Shown: one piece after another, positions 1-7,334 of the stretch
Numbering within the stretch: position 1 is the first letter of the stretch
Layout of the letters: each line of letters begins with the position of its first letter
Source of the DNA: an uncultured archaeon
GTDB lineage: Archaea; Asgardarchaeota; Lokiarchaeia; Sigyniarchaeales; SOKP01
NCBI GenBank assembly: GCA_964493715.1
Contig: CAZBPC010000095.1
Span: forward strand, 1-12,062
DNA: 12,062 nt
Direction of reading: 5' to 3'
Notes under the pieces: model-generated
Told to the model about the DNA's origin: nothing
The model's database searches: none
What the model saw: the letters and a program-made list of their open reading frames with translations, nothing else
Made by a program: the position numbers and the translations under genes

Positions 1-816
1 ATCACGGAACCTGAAAGAGGTTCGGATGCGGTTCACATGTTAACCACTTGCGATGAACAACCCGATGGTAGTTTTATTGTGAATGGTACAAAAATATACC
101 AAACAAATGGTCCAAAAGCAGATTGGGCCGTGATTTATGCTGTAACTGAAAAAGATAACGGGAATACGATGTCTCAACTTCTTGTAGATACGAGTTGGGA
201 AGGTTGGTCAGTTGAAAGAGTAAATATTCCTTGGACCCCAAGGCTATTTATTGGAAAAGAGACAATGACAAGCTTAAAAATTCCAAGAGAATGTGTACTG
301 GGAAAACCAGGTCAAGGACGTTCACATTTATTTGAAGGATTAAACTTGGAACGAATTGGTATCGTTTGCCTGAACGCAGCAGAAGCGTGGAATGCATTCA
401 CTCATGCTGTAATATATTCAAACATGCGCAAACAATTTGATATAGAAGTACTTAAATATCAAGGAGTGGGCTTTCCTTTAGCTGATCTATGGGCTGAAAT
501 CATGAGTTTAACTTTAGCTGCCTTGAATCTCTCTCAGTTGATTGACGATAAAATGGAAAAATTAGGAACGTTACCAAAAGAATTTAACCTGGCCTTAATG
601 GCTACAGCCTCTCAATTGAAACTTTTAAGTACCAAATTGAATCAACGCACGTGTTATGAGTGTGCAAATATAATGGGGGGCGCAGGAGTATGTGACAATA
701 CCTTAATGCATGATCTATTAGGTATCTCAAGAATTCAAGAGATTGGTGGTGGTACAAGGCAAGTTCAGGAATATATTTTAAGCATGGGCTTGAGACAATT
801 ATTCAAAGCGTTGTAA
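1..816 (+). CDS. Acyl-CoA dehydrogenase family protein (5'-partial; begins upstream of the window)
   Basis: The frame is open from base 1 and reads ITEPERGSDAVHM..., the ACAD TEPxxGSD FAD-binding motif, so the ATG at 37 is internal. Also NGTKIYQTNG (cf. NGxKxWITNG), GLNLERIG, RKQF, YQGVGFPLAD, MGGAG and QEIGGGT. Stop is TAA. Confidence 0.93.
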   Translation: MTEPERGSDAVHMLTTCDEQPDGSFIVNGTKIYQTNGPKADWAVIYAVTEKDNGNTMSQLLVDTSWEGWSVERVNIPWTPRLFIGKETMTSLKIPRECVLGKPGQGRSHLFEGLNLERIGIVCLNAAEAWNAFTHAVIYSNMRKQFDIEVLKYQGVGFPLADLWAEIMSLTLAALNLSQLIDDKMEKLGTLPKEFNLALMATASQLKLLSTKLNQRTCYECANIMGGAGVCDNTLMHDLLGISRIQEIGGGTRQVQEYILSMGLRQLFKAL

Positions 817-823
817 ATTTATC

Positions 824-837
824 TTTTTTTTTATTTT
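824..837 (+). terminator. Putative archaeal-type oligo-T terminator
   Basis: A T9 run followed by ATTTT starts 8 nt after the ACAD stop, with no GC hairpin before it. Confidence 0.45.
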
Positions 838-976
838 ATCTCATAAATGATGATTAATATTAATTAGTTAATACTGAAGTTATATCGTAAACAAGTACTT
901 AAATATACAAAAATAAAGAGTAAACATAATTAGTAAATCTTTTTTAGAAAATAATTCGTAAGTAGAAATGATAATA

Positions 977-2557
977 ATGAAAGTCCTTGTATTAGATAAC
1001 CTACACCAAGCAGGGATTGATGTTTTTATAAAAAATGGTATTCAAGTTAATTCAAAGAGTAAATTAACTAAAAGAGAATTAATTAATTGCATTAATTCTT
1101 ATGATGCTCTTGTAGTTAGAGGGGCTACAAAAGTAACATCAGAAATATTAGACAAAGTATCTCATCTGAAAGTAATTGGTCGTGCTGGTTCAGGTACCGA
1201 CAATATTGATACTTTATCTGCTACAAAGAAAGGTATCTTTGTAATGAACGCTCCGGGAGGAAATACTATAACAACTGCTGAACACGCCCTCGCGATGATG
1301 TTCTCTTTAGCACGGCAAGTTCCTCAAGCTACTGCTTCAATGAAAGGCGGAAAATGGGAAAAAAGTGTCTTCATGGGAACTGAACTTACCAACAAGGTAC
1401 TTGGAGTCATAGGATTTGGTAATGTTGGTAAAGCTGTTGCTGAAAGAGCTCTAGGGCTCAAAATGTTAGTATTAGCTTATGATCCTTACATCTCTAAAGA
1501 GGATGTACTTAAACTCGGAGTAGACTTAGTCCCGCTTGATGAAATGTATGCAAGAGCTGACTTTCTAACCTATCACACTCCCTTAACACCTGAAACTAAA
1601 GGCATGATCAATGCCCACGCACTCTCAAAAATGAAAAAAGGAGTTTTGATCATTAACTGCGCTCGTGGAGAACTTATTAATGAAGCAGATCTTCTAGCAG
1701 CATTAGAATCACAGCATGTTAAAGGTGTCGCTCTTGATGTGTTCGCTATCGAGCCTCCCCCAAATGATATTCCTTTACTTAAACATCCCAATGTAATTTT
1801 AACTCCTCATTTAGGGGCTTCTACTACTGAAGCTCAGGAAAAAGTTGCTATACAAATTGCTGAACAAATTACTGACTTTTTGAAGCAAGGTGTAATAAGA
1901 AATTCAATTAATTTCCCGTCTGTAAGTGCAGAAATGCTTAAGCTCTTAAAGCCTTACATAATATTATGTGAGCGATTGGGCTCTTTTCGAGGTCAATTAT
2001 TATCAGATCCTCTCAAAGAACTTCGTGTTGAATATTTGGGTGATGCGTCTAAACTGATGACAGAACCATTAACCATCTCAATATTAAAGGGACTCTTACA
2101 GCATCAAACTGAAGATGTTAATTTAGTAAATGCTAGAATCGTAGCTGAAGAACGTGGAATTAGGGTAACTGAAACTAGAACTTCAAAAACGGAAGATTAT
2201 ACTAGCTTGATTCGAGTAATTACTGTCACTGGTAATGAAGAAATCTCCATTTCTGGTTTGACATTCGGAAATAGTCCTAAAATTATTAAGATTAATAATT
2301 TTCCAATAGAGGCGGTCCTTTCGGGAGGAATTTTGATGTTAGAAAACCTTGATGTTCCAGGAGTTGTAGGTCGTGTTGGAACCTTTTTAGGTAGTAAAGA
2401 AATTAATATAGCTGGTTTTCAATTAGGTCGAAATAAACCGGGTGGAACCGCCATTTCACTAATAAACGTGGATAATGCAGTCTCACAGGATGTATTAAAT
2501 GAGCTTGTCAAGTTAGCTAATGTGACTTCTGCGAAATATCTATTTTTCCCATCATAA
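977..2557 (+). CDS. serA: D-3-phosphoglycerate dehydrogenase, long type I form with C-terminal ASB and ACT regulatory domains
   Basis: GRAGSGTDNID, NAPGGNTITTAEHA, Rossmann GVIGFGNVG, INCARGELI, ALDVFAIEPP, catalytic TPHLGASTTEAQ, and ACT segment DVPGVVGRVGTFLG..INIAGFQLGR. The start at 977 (MKVLVLD) fits family N-termini; 968 is the alternative. Confidence 0.95.
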   Translation: MKVLVLDNLHQAGIDVFIKNGIQVNSKSKLTKRELINCINSYDALVVRGATKVTSEILDKVSHLKVIGRAGSGTDNIDTLSATKKGIFVMNAPGGNTITTAEHALAMMFSLARQVPQATASMKGGKWEKSVFMGTELTNKVLGVIGFGNVGKAVAERALGLKMLVLAYDPYISKEDVLKLGVDLVPLDEMYARADFLTYHTPLTPETKGMINAHALSKMKKGVLIINCARGELINEADLLAALESQHVKGVALDVFAIEPPPNDIPLLKHPNVILTPHLGASTTEAQEKVAIQIAEQITDFLKQGVIRNSINFPSVSAEMLKLLKPYIILCERLGSFRGQLLSDPLKELRVEYLGDASKLMTEPLTISILKGLLQHQTEDVNLVNARIVAEERGIRVTETRTSKTEDYTSLIRVITVTGNEEISISGLTFGNSPKIIKINNFPIEAVLSGGILMLENLDVPGVVGRVGTFLGSKEINIAGFQLGRNKPGGTAISLINVDNAVSQDVLNELVKLANVTSAKYLFFPS

Positions 2558-2629
2558 ATATTCAAATCATTATTATATGGATTATGTTCCAAAAAACATT
2601 AAAGAAAAAAAAAAATTTGGTTAAATAAG

Positions 2630-3457
2630 ATGAATATTGAAGATTTTGAAGATATAATATATACAAAAGAAGAAAATGGAATATGTACGATTACTTTTAA
2701 TCGACCTGAGAGAAGAAATGCACTATCTTATGTTACTTTCCTTGAGATTCAAGTAGCATTGGATGATATGGAAAAGGATAGGAATGCTAAGGCCCTGATA
2801 TTGACAGGTTCTCCAGAAGGCAAAGCTTTTTCTTCAGGAGGTTACTTTAATATGAAAATGGTGACAGAAATTCCCGAAGATATCATGAAGGATATAGATT
2901 TATTGGATATTGCTCAAAAAAAAACCTGCATGAAATTTTGGGATTTTAAAAAACCTGTAATTGCTGCAATAAATGGTTTAGCACTTGGAGCCGGTTTTAC
3001 AATGCCTTTAGCTTGTGCAGATTTAATATATATGGCTGAAGATCCTGAGACTTATTTAGGTCTAATTTTCGTTAAACGAGCAATAGTACCAGAGTTTGGT
3101 CTCTCATTTCTTCTACCGTTTTATTTAGGCTTCCAAAAAGCAAAAGAAATCTTATATTTTGGAGATAAAATCTATGCAAAAGAAGCTGAAAAACTAGGAC
3201 TAATAAATAAAGCCCTCCCTCCTGAAAACTTATTATCATTTGCCAGAGAACAAGCAGAAAGATTAATACCTCCAAAAGGGCCAAGTTTAGCTTTAAATTT
3301 AATGAAAAAAACAATGCACATTTATTTCAGAGAAATAATTTCAAGTACATTGGATAAAGAAAATGAAGCTCTCCAAGCAGCATTTAAAACACATGATATG
3401 AGAGAGTCCACGAAAGCTCTTATGCAAAAACGGGAACCAATTTTCAAAGGAAAATAA
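2630..3457 (+). CDS. Crotonase superfamily protein, probably enoyl-CoA isomerase-type
   Basis: ITFNRPERRNAL, AFSSGG, KPVIAAINGLALGAG, IVPEFG, EAEKLGLIN and C-terminal KREPIFKGK. Confidence 0.92.
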   Translation: MNIEDFEDIIYTKEENGICTITFNRPERRNALSYVTFLEIQVALDDMEKDRNAKALILTGSPEGKAFSSGGYFNMKMVTEIPEDIMKDIDLLDIAQKKTCMKFWDFKKPVIAAINGLALGAGFTMPLACADLIYMAEDPETYLGLIFVKRAIVPEFGLSFLLPFYLGFQKAKEILYFGDKIYAKEAEKLGLINKALPPENLLSFAREQAERLIPPKGPSLALNLMKKTMHIYFREIISSTLDKENEALQAAFKTHDMRESTKALMQKREPIFKGK

Positions 3458-3559
3458 CCCAATTTTTTATATGTTTTAACTAAAAATACTTTTAAAATAC
3501 TTAATTAAAATTTCTCGAAATTCTTATAAGATTTGATTTATATTTAATATTTTTAATAC

Positions 3560-3565
3560 TTATAA
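3560..3565 (+). promoter_or_regulatory. Putative archaeal TATA box for pyrG (leaderless-type spacing)
   Basis: TTATAA lies 22-27 nt upstream of the ATG at 3587. The AT-rich background limits confidence. Confidence 0.35.
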
Positions 3566-3586
3566 CTGAAAAGATTGTGTCAAAAT

Positions 3587-5281
3587 ATGACAGATGAGAG
3601 GAAAAATGAGACACGTTTCATATTCGTCACGGGAGGCGTGATGAGTGGAATCGGTAAGGGTGTTGTAACCGCTAGTATTGGAAAGGTCTTGCAATTCAGA
3701 AGTTTTAAAATTAGTGTAGTAAAAATTGATCCATATTTGAATGTTGATCCGGGCACTCTTAATCCTATTGAACACGGCGAATGTTTTATTACTGAGGATG
3801 TATGGCAATTTAAACCAGTACCAGATACAGATGAAAGAACTTATAAAATCTCTGAAATAGATCAAGATTTTGGGACTTATTCTCGGTTTCTTGGTATTGA
3901 TATGCATCCTTCCCACAATATTACATCTGGTCAAATTTATCTCACTACTATTCTTGGCGAACGGAAAGGTAAATTTCTTGGAAAAACCGTACAGCTCATT
4001 CCACATGTAACAACAATAATAAAAGAAAGATTGATAGAAATATCTAAATGTGAGAATTTAGATGTGCTTTTGATAGAGTGTGGAGGGACAGTAGGTGACT
4101 TAGAATCAAGCATATTTTTAGAAGCTTTTCGTCAAATTAAAATAGAAAATCCTCATCGTACTGCTTTGGTTCATGTTACTCTTGTACCATATTCTCAAGC
4201 TGTTGGACAACAAAAATCAAAACCCACTCAGCATTCAGTGAAGATGCTTCAAAGTCTTGGACTGAATCCAGATATCATTATTGGTAGGAGTGAAAAACCC
4301 TTAGCAGATGACATCAAACAAAAAATTTCGTTATATTCCAATATACCTGAAAATGCTGTAATTTCTAATCCCGATCTAAAAGTTATCTATGAGTTACCGT
4401 TACTCTTTGAAGAGCAAGGATTAGGAGATTATCTTTGCGAGATGATTGATTTAAAAGCAAAGCTGGTTTCTTATAATGAGGTCACAAATTACTCAGAATG
4501 GAAAAAAATGGTCGATATTTATAAATCTGCTACTAAAAAGCTTAAAATAGGAATGCCTGGTAAATACTTCAATATTTCAGATTCATATATTTCAATAAAT
4601 GACGCTTTAGAACATGCTGCGGCACATCAAGGATACATACCAGAATTAAAAATGATCAATATCTCAGATGAAACCAATATAGAAGACGAACTAAAAGATT
4701 GTGATGGAATATTATTAACCCCTGGTTTTGGAGAAAGAGCTGTTGAAGGGATGATAAAGTCGGCTGAATATGCCATGGAAAAAAAAGTCCCATTTCTGGG
4801 TATTTGTTTTGGGGCGCAGTTATTTTATATTGCATTCTGTAGAAAATATTTAGGATTAATTGGGGCAAACTCTACTGAAATAGATCCTAATACACCATAC
4901 CCAGTAGTTGATCTTTTAGAAACTCAGAAGAACGTGACTGAGAAAGGAGGTACTATGAGATTAGGAGCTCATGAAATAGTTATCGAGAAAAACACTAAAC
5001 TCTTTAAGGCTTATAACCAAAAAGTAATTAAAGAGCGGTTTAGGCATAGATATCATATTCAAGAAAGATTTATTACAGAAGAAGCCAAACAAAAAGGGAT
5101 GGTTGTATCAAGTAGAGATGAAACTGGGAAAATTATAAATAGCATTGAATTAAATCGAGACGATCATTGGATGGTTGGAACCCAATTCCACCCCGAATTT
5201 AAATCAAGACCATATGCTCCTAGTAAGCTGTATTTTGATTTTATAAATGCGTGTATTACAAAAAAAACTGGAGATTTTTAA
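3587..5281 (+). CDS. pyrG: CTP synthase (glutamine-hydrolysing), divergent
   Basis: P-loop FVTGGVMSGIGKG, KIDPYLNVDPGT, GKTVQLIPHVT, IECGGTVGDLES, KSKPTQHSV; glutaminase triad motifs GICFGAQ (Cys) and QFHPEF (His, Glu); GGTMRLG and RHRY. ATG 3587 is preferred over TTG 3575. Confidence 0.96.
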   Translation: MTDERKNETRFIFVTGGVMSGIGKGVVTASIGKVLQFRSFKISVVKIDPYLNVDPGTLNPIEHGECFITEDVWQFKPVPDTDERTYKISEIDQDFGTYSRFLGIDMHPSHNITSGQIYLTTILGERKGKFLGKTVQLIPHVTTIIKERLIEISKCENLDVLLIECGGTVGDLESSIFLEAFRQIKIENPHRTALVHVTLVPYSQAVGQQKSKPTQHSVKMLQSLGLNPDIIIGRSEKPLADDIKQKISLYSNIPENAVISNPDLKVIYELPLLFEEQGLGDYLCEMIDLKAKLVSYNEVTNYSEWKKMVDIYKSATKKLKIGMPGKYFNISDSYISINDALEHAAAHQGYIPELKMINISDETNIEDELKDCDGILLTPGFGERAVEGMIKSAEYAMEKKVPFLGICFGAQLFYIAFCRKYLGLIGANSTEIDPNTPYPVVDLLETQKNVTEKGGTMRLGAHEIVIEKNTKLFKAYNQKVIKERFRHRYHIQERFITEEAKQKGMVVSSRDETGKIINSIELNRDDHWMVGTQFHPEFKSRPYAPSKLYFDFINACITKKTGDF

Positions 5282-5327
5282 ATTAATTTGATGTAAAATT
5301 AATACCTAAAAATTTATATTAGTTAAG

Positions 5328-6245
5328 ATGAATAAAGAATATTTTAAAAATAAAAATGCAGTAATTACTGGAGCAGCAAGTGGAATTGGTCGAACTCTTG
5401 CGTTAGAACTCGCCAAATTGGGGACTAACCTTGTAATTTCAGATATTAACTTGGAAAGGTTAGAAAATGTAAAAGAACAAGTAGAAGAATATAAAGTTAA
5501 AGTGGTCTCAACTAAATGTGATGTTACTAAAAAATCAGATATTAAGAACTTGCGAGATACTGCGGTTTTAGAAATGCAAGATGTACATTTTCTCTTTAGT
5601 AATGCTGGAATAGCGGTAGGTGGTCATTTTGAAAGCTTTTCAAACGAAACATGGAAGAAAATTCTCAATGTAAACGTATGGGGAATGATTAATTTAGTTG
5701 ATGCGTTTATTCCTAAAATGTTAGAACAAGGTTTTGGTCACGTTATTGTCACCAGTTCTATTGCGGGAGCATTCGGAGTTGGTGGATTGATTCCCTATAG
5801 TACCACTAAATTTGCTAATTTTGGATTTTGTGAAGCTCTGTATGGCGAATTTGTCGATAGAGGGATAAATGTATCTATAATTTGCCCATTCCCCATTAAA
5901 ACTAATCTAATGGAGACAGCGAATATGAGTTTTTCTCCCGATTTGCTTAATAAATATAACCAAGAACAATTAGCCAAAGGCATTGAAGTCGGAAAAGATT
6001 ATTATTGGAACAAATTTACAGAAGGGGGATACGAAGTAGAACGCGCAGTTCGCATTTATCTCAAAAAAATTGCTAAAAGGAAGCTTTACATAAGCGAACG
6101 TGGATTAATACGATTTCTTTTCTTTATGAAAGGTCTCTGGCCAAATTTTTATAAAAAGTTCGTAAGGAAAAAAGCTACTGAACACTGTGATTTATTGGAT
6201 GAATCCACTCAAAATGCCATTGATCTAATGGAAAAAATAACTTAA
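5328..6245 (+). CDS. Classical short-chain dehydrogenase/reductase (SDR), likely NAD(H)-preferring
   Basis: TGAASGIG, acidic residue at the end of beta2 (ISDIN), SNAG, catalytic Ser in TSSIAG, and YSTTK (YxxxK). Confidence 0.93.
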   Translation: MNKEYFKNKNAVITGAASGIGRTLALELAKLGTNLVISDINLERLENVKEQVEEYKVKVVSTKCDVTKKSDIKNLRDTAVLEMQDVHFLFSNAGIAVGGHFESFSNETWKKILNVNVWGMINLVDAFIPKMLEQGFGHVIVTSSIAGAFGVGGLIPYSTTKFANFGFCEALYGEFVDRGINVSIICPFPIKTNLMETANMSFSPDLLNKYNQEQLAKGIEVGKDYYWNKFTEGGYEVERAVRIYLKKIAKRKLYISERGLIRFLFFMKGLWPNFYKKFVRKKATEHCDLLDESTQNAIDLMEKIT

Positions 6246-6673
6246 ACCATTATTTAGTTATTAATCGACACAAAAATTCAATAATTAAAAATGACTCCAA
6301 AAACACCAAAAGATTATTGCTATCTAGCAAGAAACAGCAAATCGTGTTAAATTAAAAATTTCTAAGAAACATTTACCATATTATGAATGCGCGTTGTGTA
6401 TCTGGCGAAACCATTCTGAAACTCCCCAACACATTAAAAACCTTAAGAAATTGTATGAAAGATATCATAATTTCTCTTAATGTATTCTGAAAAACCGATA
6501 TTTATAATAAGAGTTTTAGAAAAACCAGATAGATTAGAGAATCACAAAAGAAATTAACTTCTATTTTTTTATTTACAATTAATTCATTTTGAGAGTATCA
6601 TAAAAGATATTTTTAAAAATCAAATATTATATGATAATTAATAAAATGATCTTCTGAATTGATTTTCTTAATA

Positions 6674-6679
6674 TTATAA
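6674..6679 (+). promoter_or_regulatory. Putative TATA box for the zinc-finger microprotein
   Basis: TTATAA lies 25-30 nt upstream of ATG 6704, typical archaeal spacing for a leaderless transcript. Confidence 0.35.
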
Positions 6680-6703
6680 TACAAAAGGAATCATAATATT
6701 ATT

Positions 6704-6829
6704 ATGGAAAATGAAATTAACGAAATGGGAACTTGTGAAAAATGTGGAGCAGAGATTAAACTCACTGAAGTATGGAGAGTAGATGAAAAATTTTACTGTC
6801 AAAATTGTTTTGATAGTTTGGATCTTTAA
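6704..6829 (+). CDS. 41-aa putative zinc-binding microprotein (CxxC-x17-CxxC), absent from the ORF track
   Basis: Manual translation gives MENEINEMGTCEKCGAEIKLTEVWRVDEKFYCQNCFDSLDL*. It has two CxxC knuckles (CEKCG, YCQNCF) and purine-rich coding-like composition against very AT-rich flanks. Confidence 0.75.
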   Translation: MENEINEMGTCEKCGAEIKLTEVWRVDEKFYCQNCFDSLDL

Positions 6830-6887
6830 TTATTTTGACGTATTAATATCAAGGATTCTTTTAACTAAATTTTCATTTCTCTAGAAG

Positions 6888-6904
6888 ATAAATAAAAATA
6901 AAAA
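6888..6904 (-). terminator. Putative oligo-T terminator after the full-length cupin frame
   Basis: The minus strand reads TAA TTTTATTTTTATTTAT directly after the TAA at 6907-6905. Confidence 0.4.
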
Positions 6905-7213
6905 TTAGTTGCGAATAGCTAGAACAATCAAATCTTCCAAACTTTTCATACCTCTTGATTCGGTATCATTATAAGCTATGTATTCGTTCTAACTTAATTC
7001 TACTTCTCCAGAATTAGTGGGAAAAACACCCTTTCCTTTTAATACTAAAAAAAGTACAGGATGCGATCCATTATGAGCTTCTATTTCTAAGCCTTTTTTT
7101 AAAGAGATTCGCATTACCTTAAATGCCTCTGAAATATAAATAGGATCTTTAGCAGGCGTGTCTGAATCGAAATTTTGATTTTCAAATATATTTTTTGGTC
7201 CTATTATACTCAC
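6905..7213 (-). pseudogene. Small cupin-domain protein interrupted by a single in-frame TAG (pseudogene or amber read-through gene)
   Basis: Reads ...KKGLEIEAHNGSHPVLFLVLKGKGVFPTNSGEVELS[TAG 6991-6989]NEYIAYNDTESRGMKSLEDLIVLAIRN[TAA 6907-6905]. The post-TAG 27 codons match the expected last strands of a cupin barrel (..L.xGE.I.........+.ALED..+L.I). Total length is 102 codons plus stop. Confidence 0.7.
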
Positions 7214-7334
7214 CTTTTTTATTTGGAAATTTAATTGCGATTTTAAAATTTCTTCTTCAGAATTATAAGAAAATGATAATAATAACGCTTAGAGTTTCAT
7301 TCAATGAGGTTAAAATATTATGAATAAGAAATTA

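Noticed and set aside
853-864. AT-only palindromes and short tandem repeats in intergenic DNA (ATTAATATTAAT here; TCATTCAATGA 7297-7307; GCTATTA x2 near 8833-8846)
   Set aside because: Expected by chance in very AT-rich spacers.
3560-4006. 148-aa minus-strand ORF antisense to pyrG (also 4656-4868)
   Set aside because: Shadow of a well-supported gene, with no recognisable motifs.
6291-6350. 19-aa ORF MTPKTPKDYCYLARNSKSC, faintly like the AbfD N-terminus MPLKTPEEY
   Set aside because: Similarity is limited to a few residues and does not extend.
6383-6490. 35-aa plus ORF MNARCVSGETILKLPNTLKTLRNCMKDIIISLNVF, in which CVSGET resembles an intein N-terminal block
   Set aside because: Far too short, with no TxxH block, no C-terminal HN and no host protein; most likely chance.
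6246-7334. CRISPR array, tRNA, structured ncRNA or IS element in the central gap
   Set aside because: By eye there are no regularly spaced repeats, cloverleaf, GC-rich stems, terminal inverted repeats or transposase remnants. An Infernal/Rfam scan would be needed to exclude ncRNA fully.
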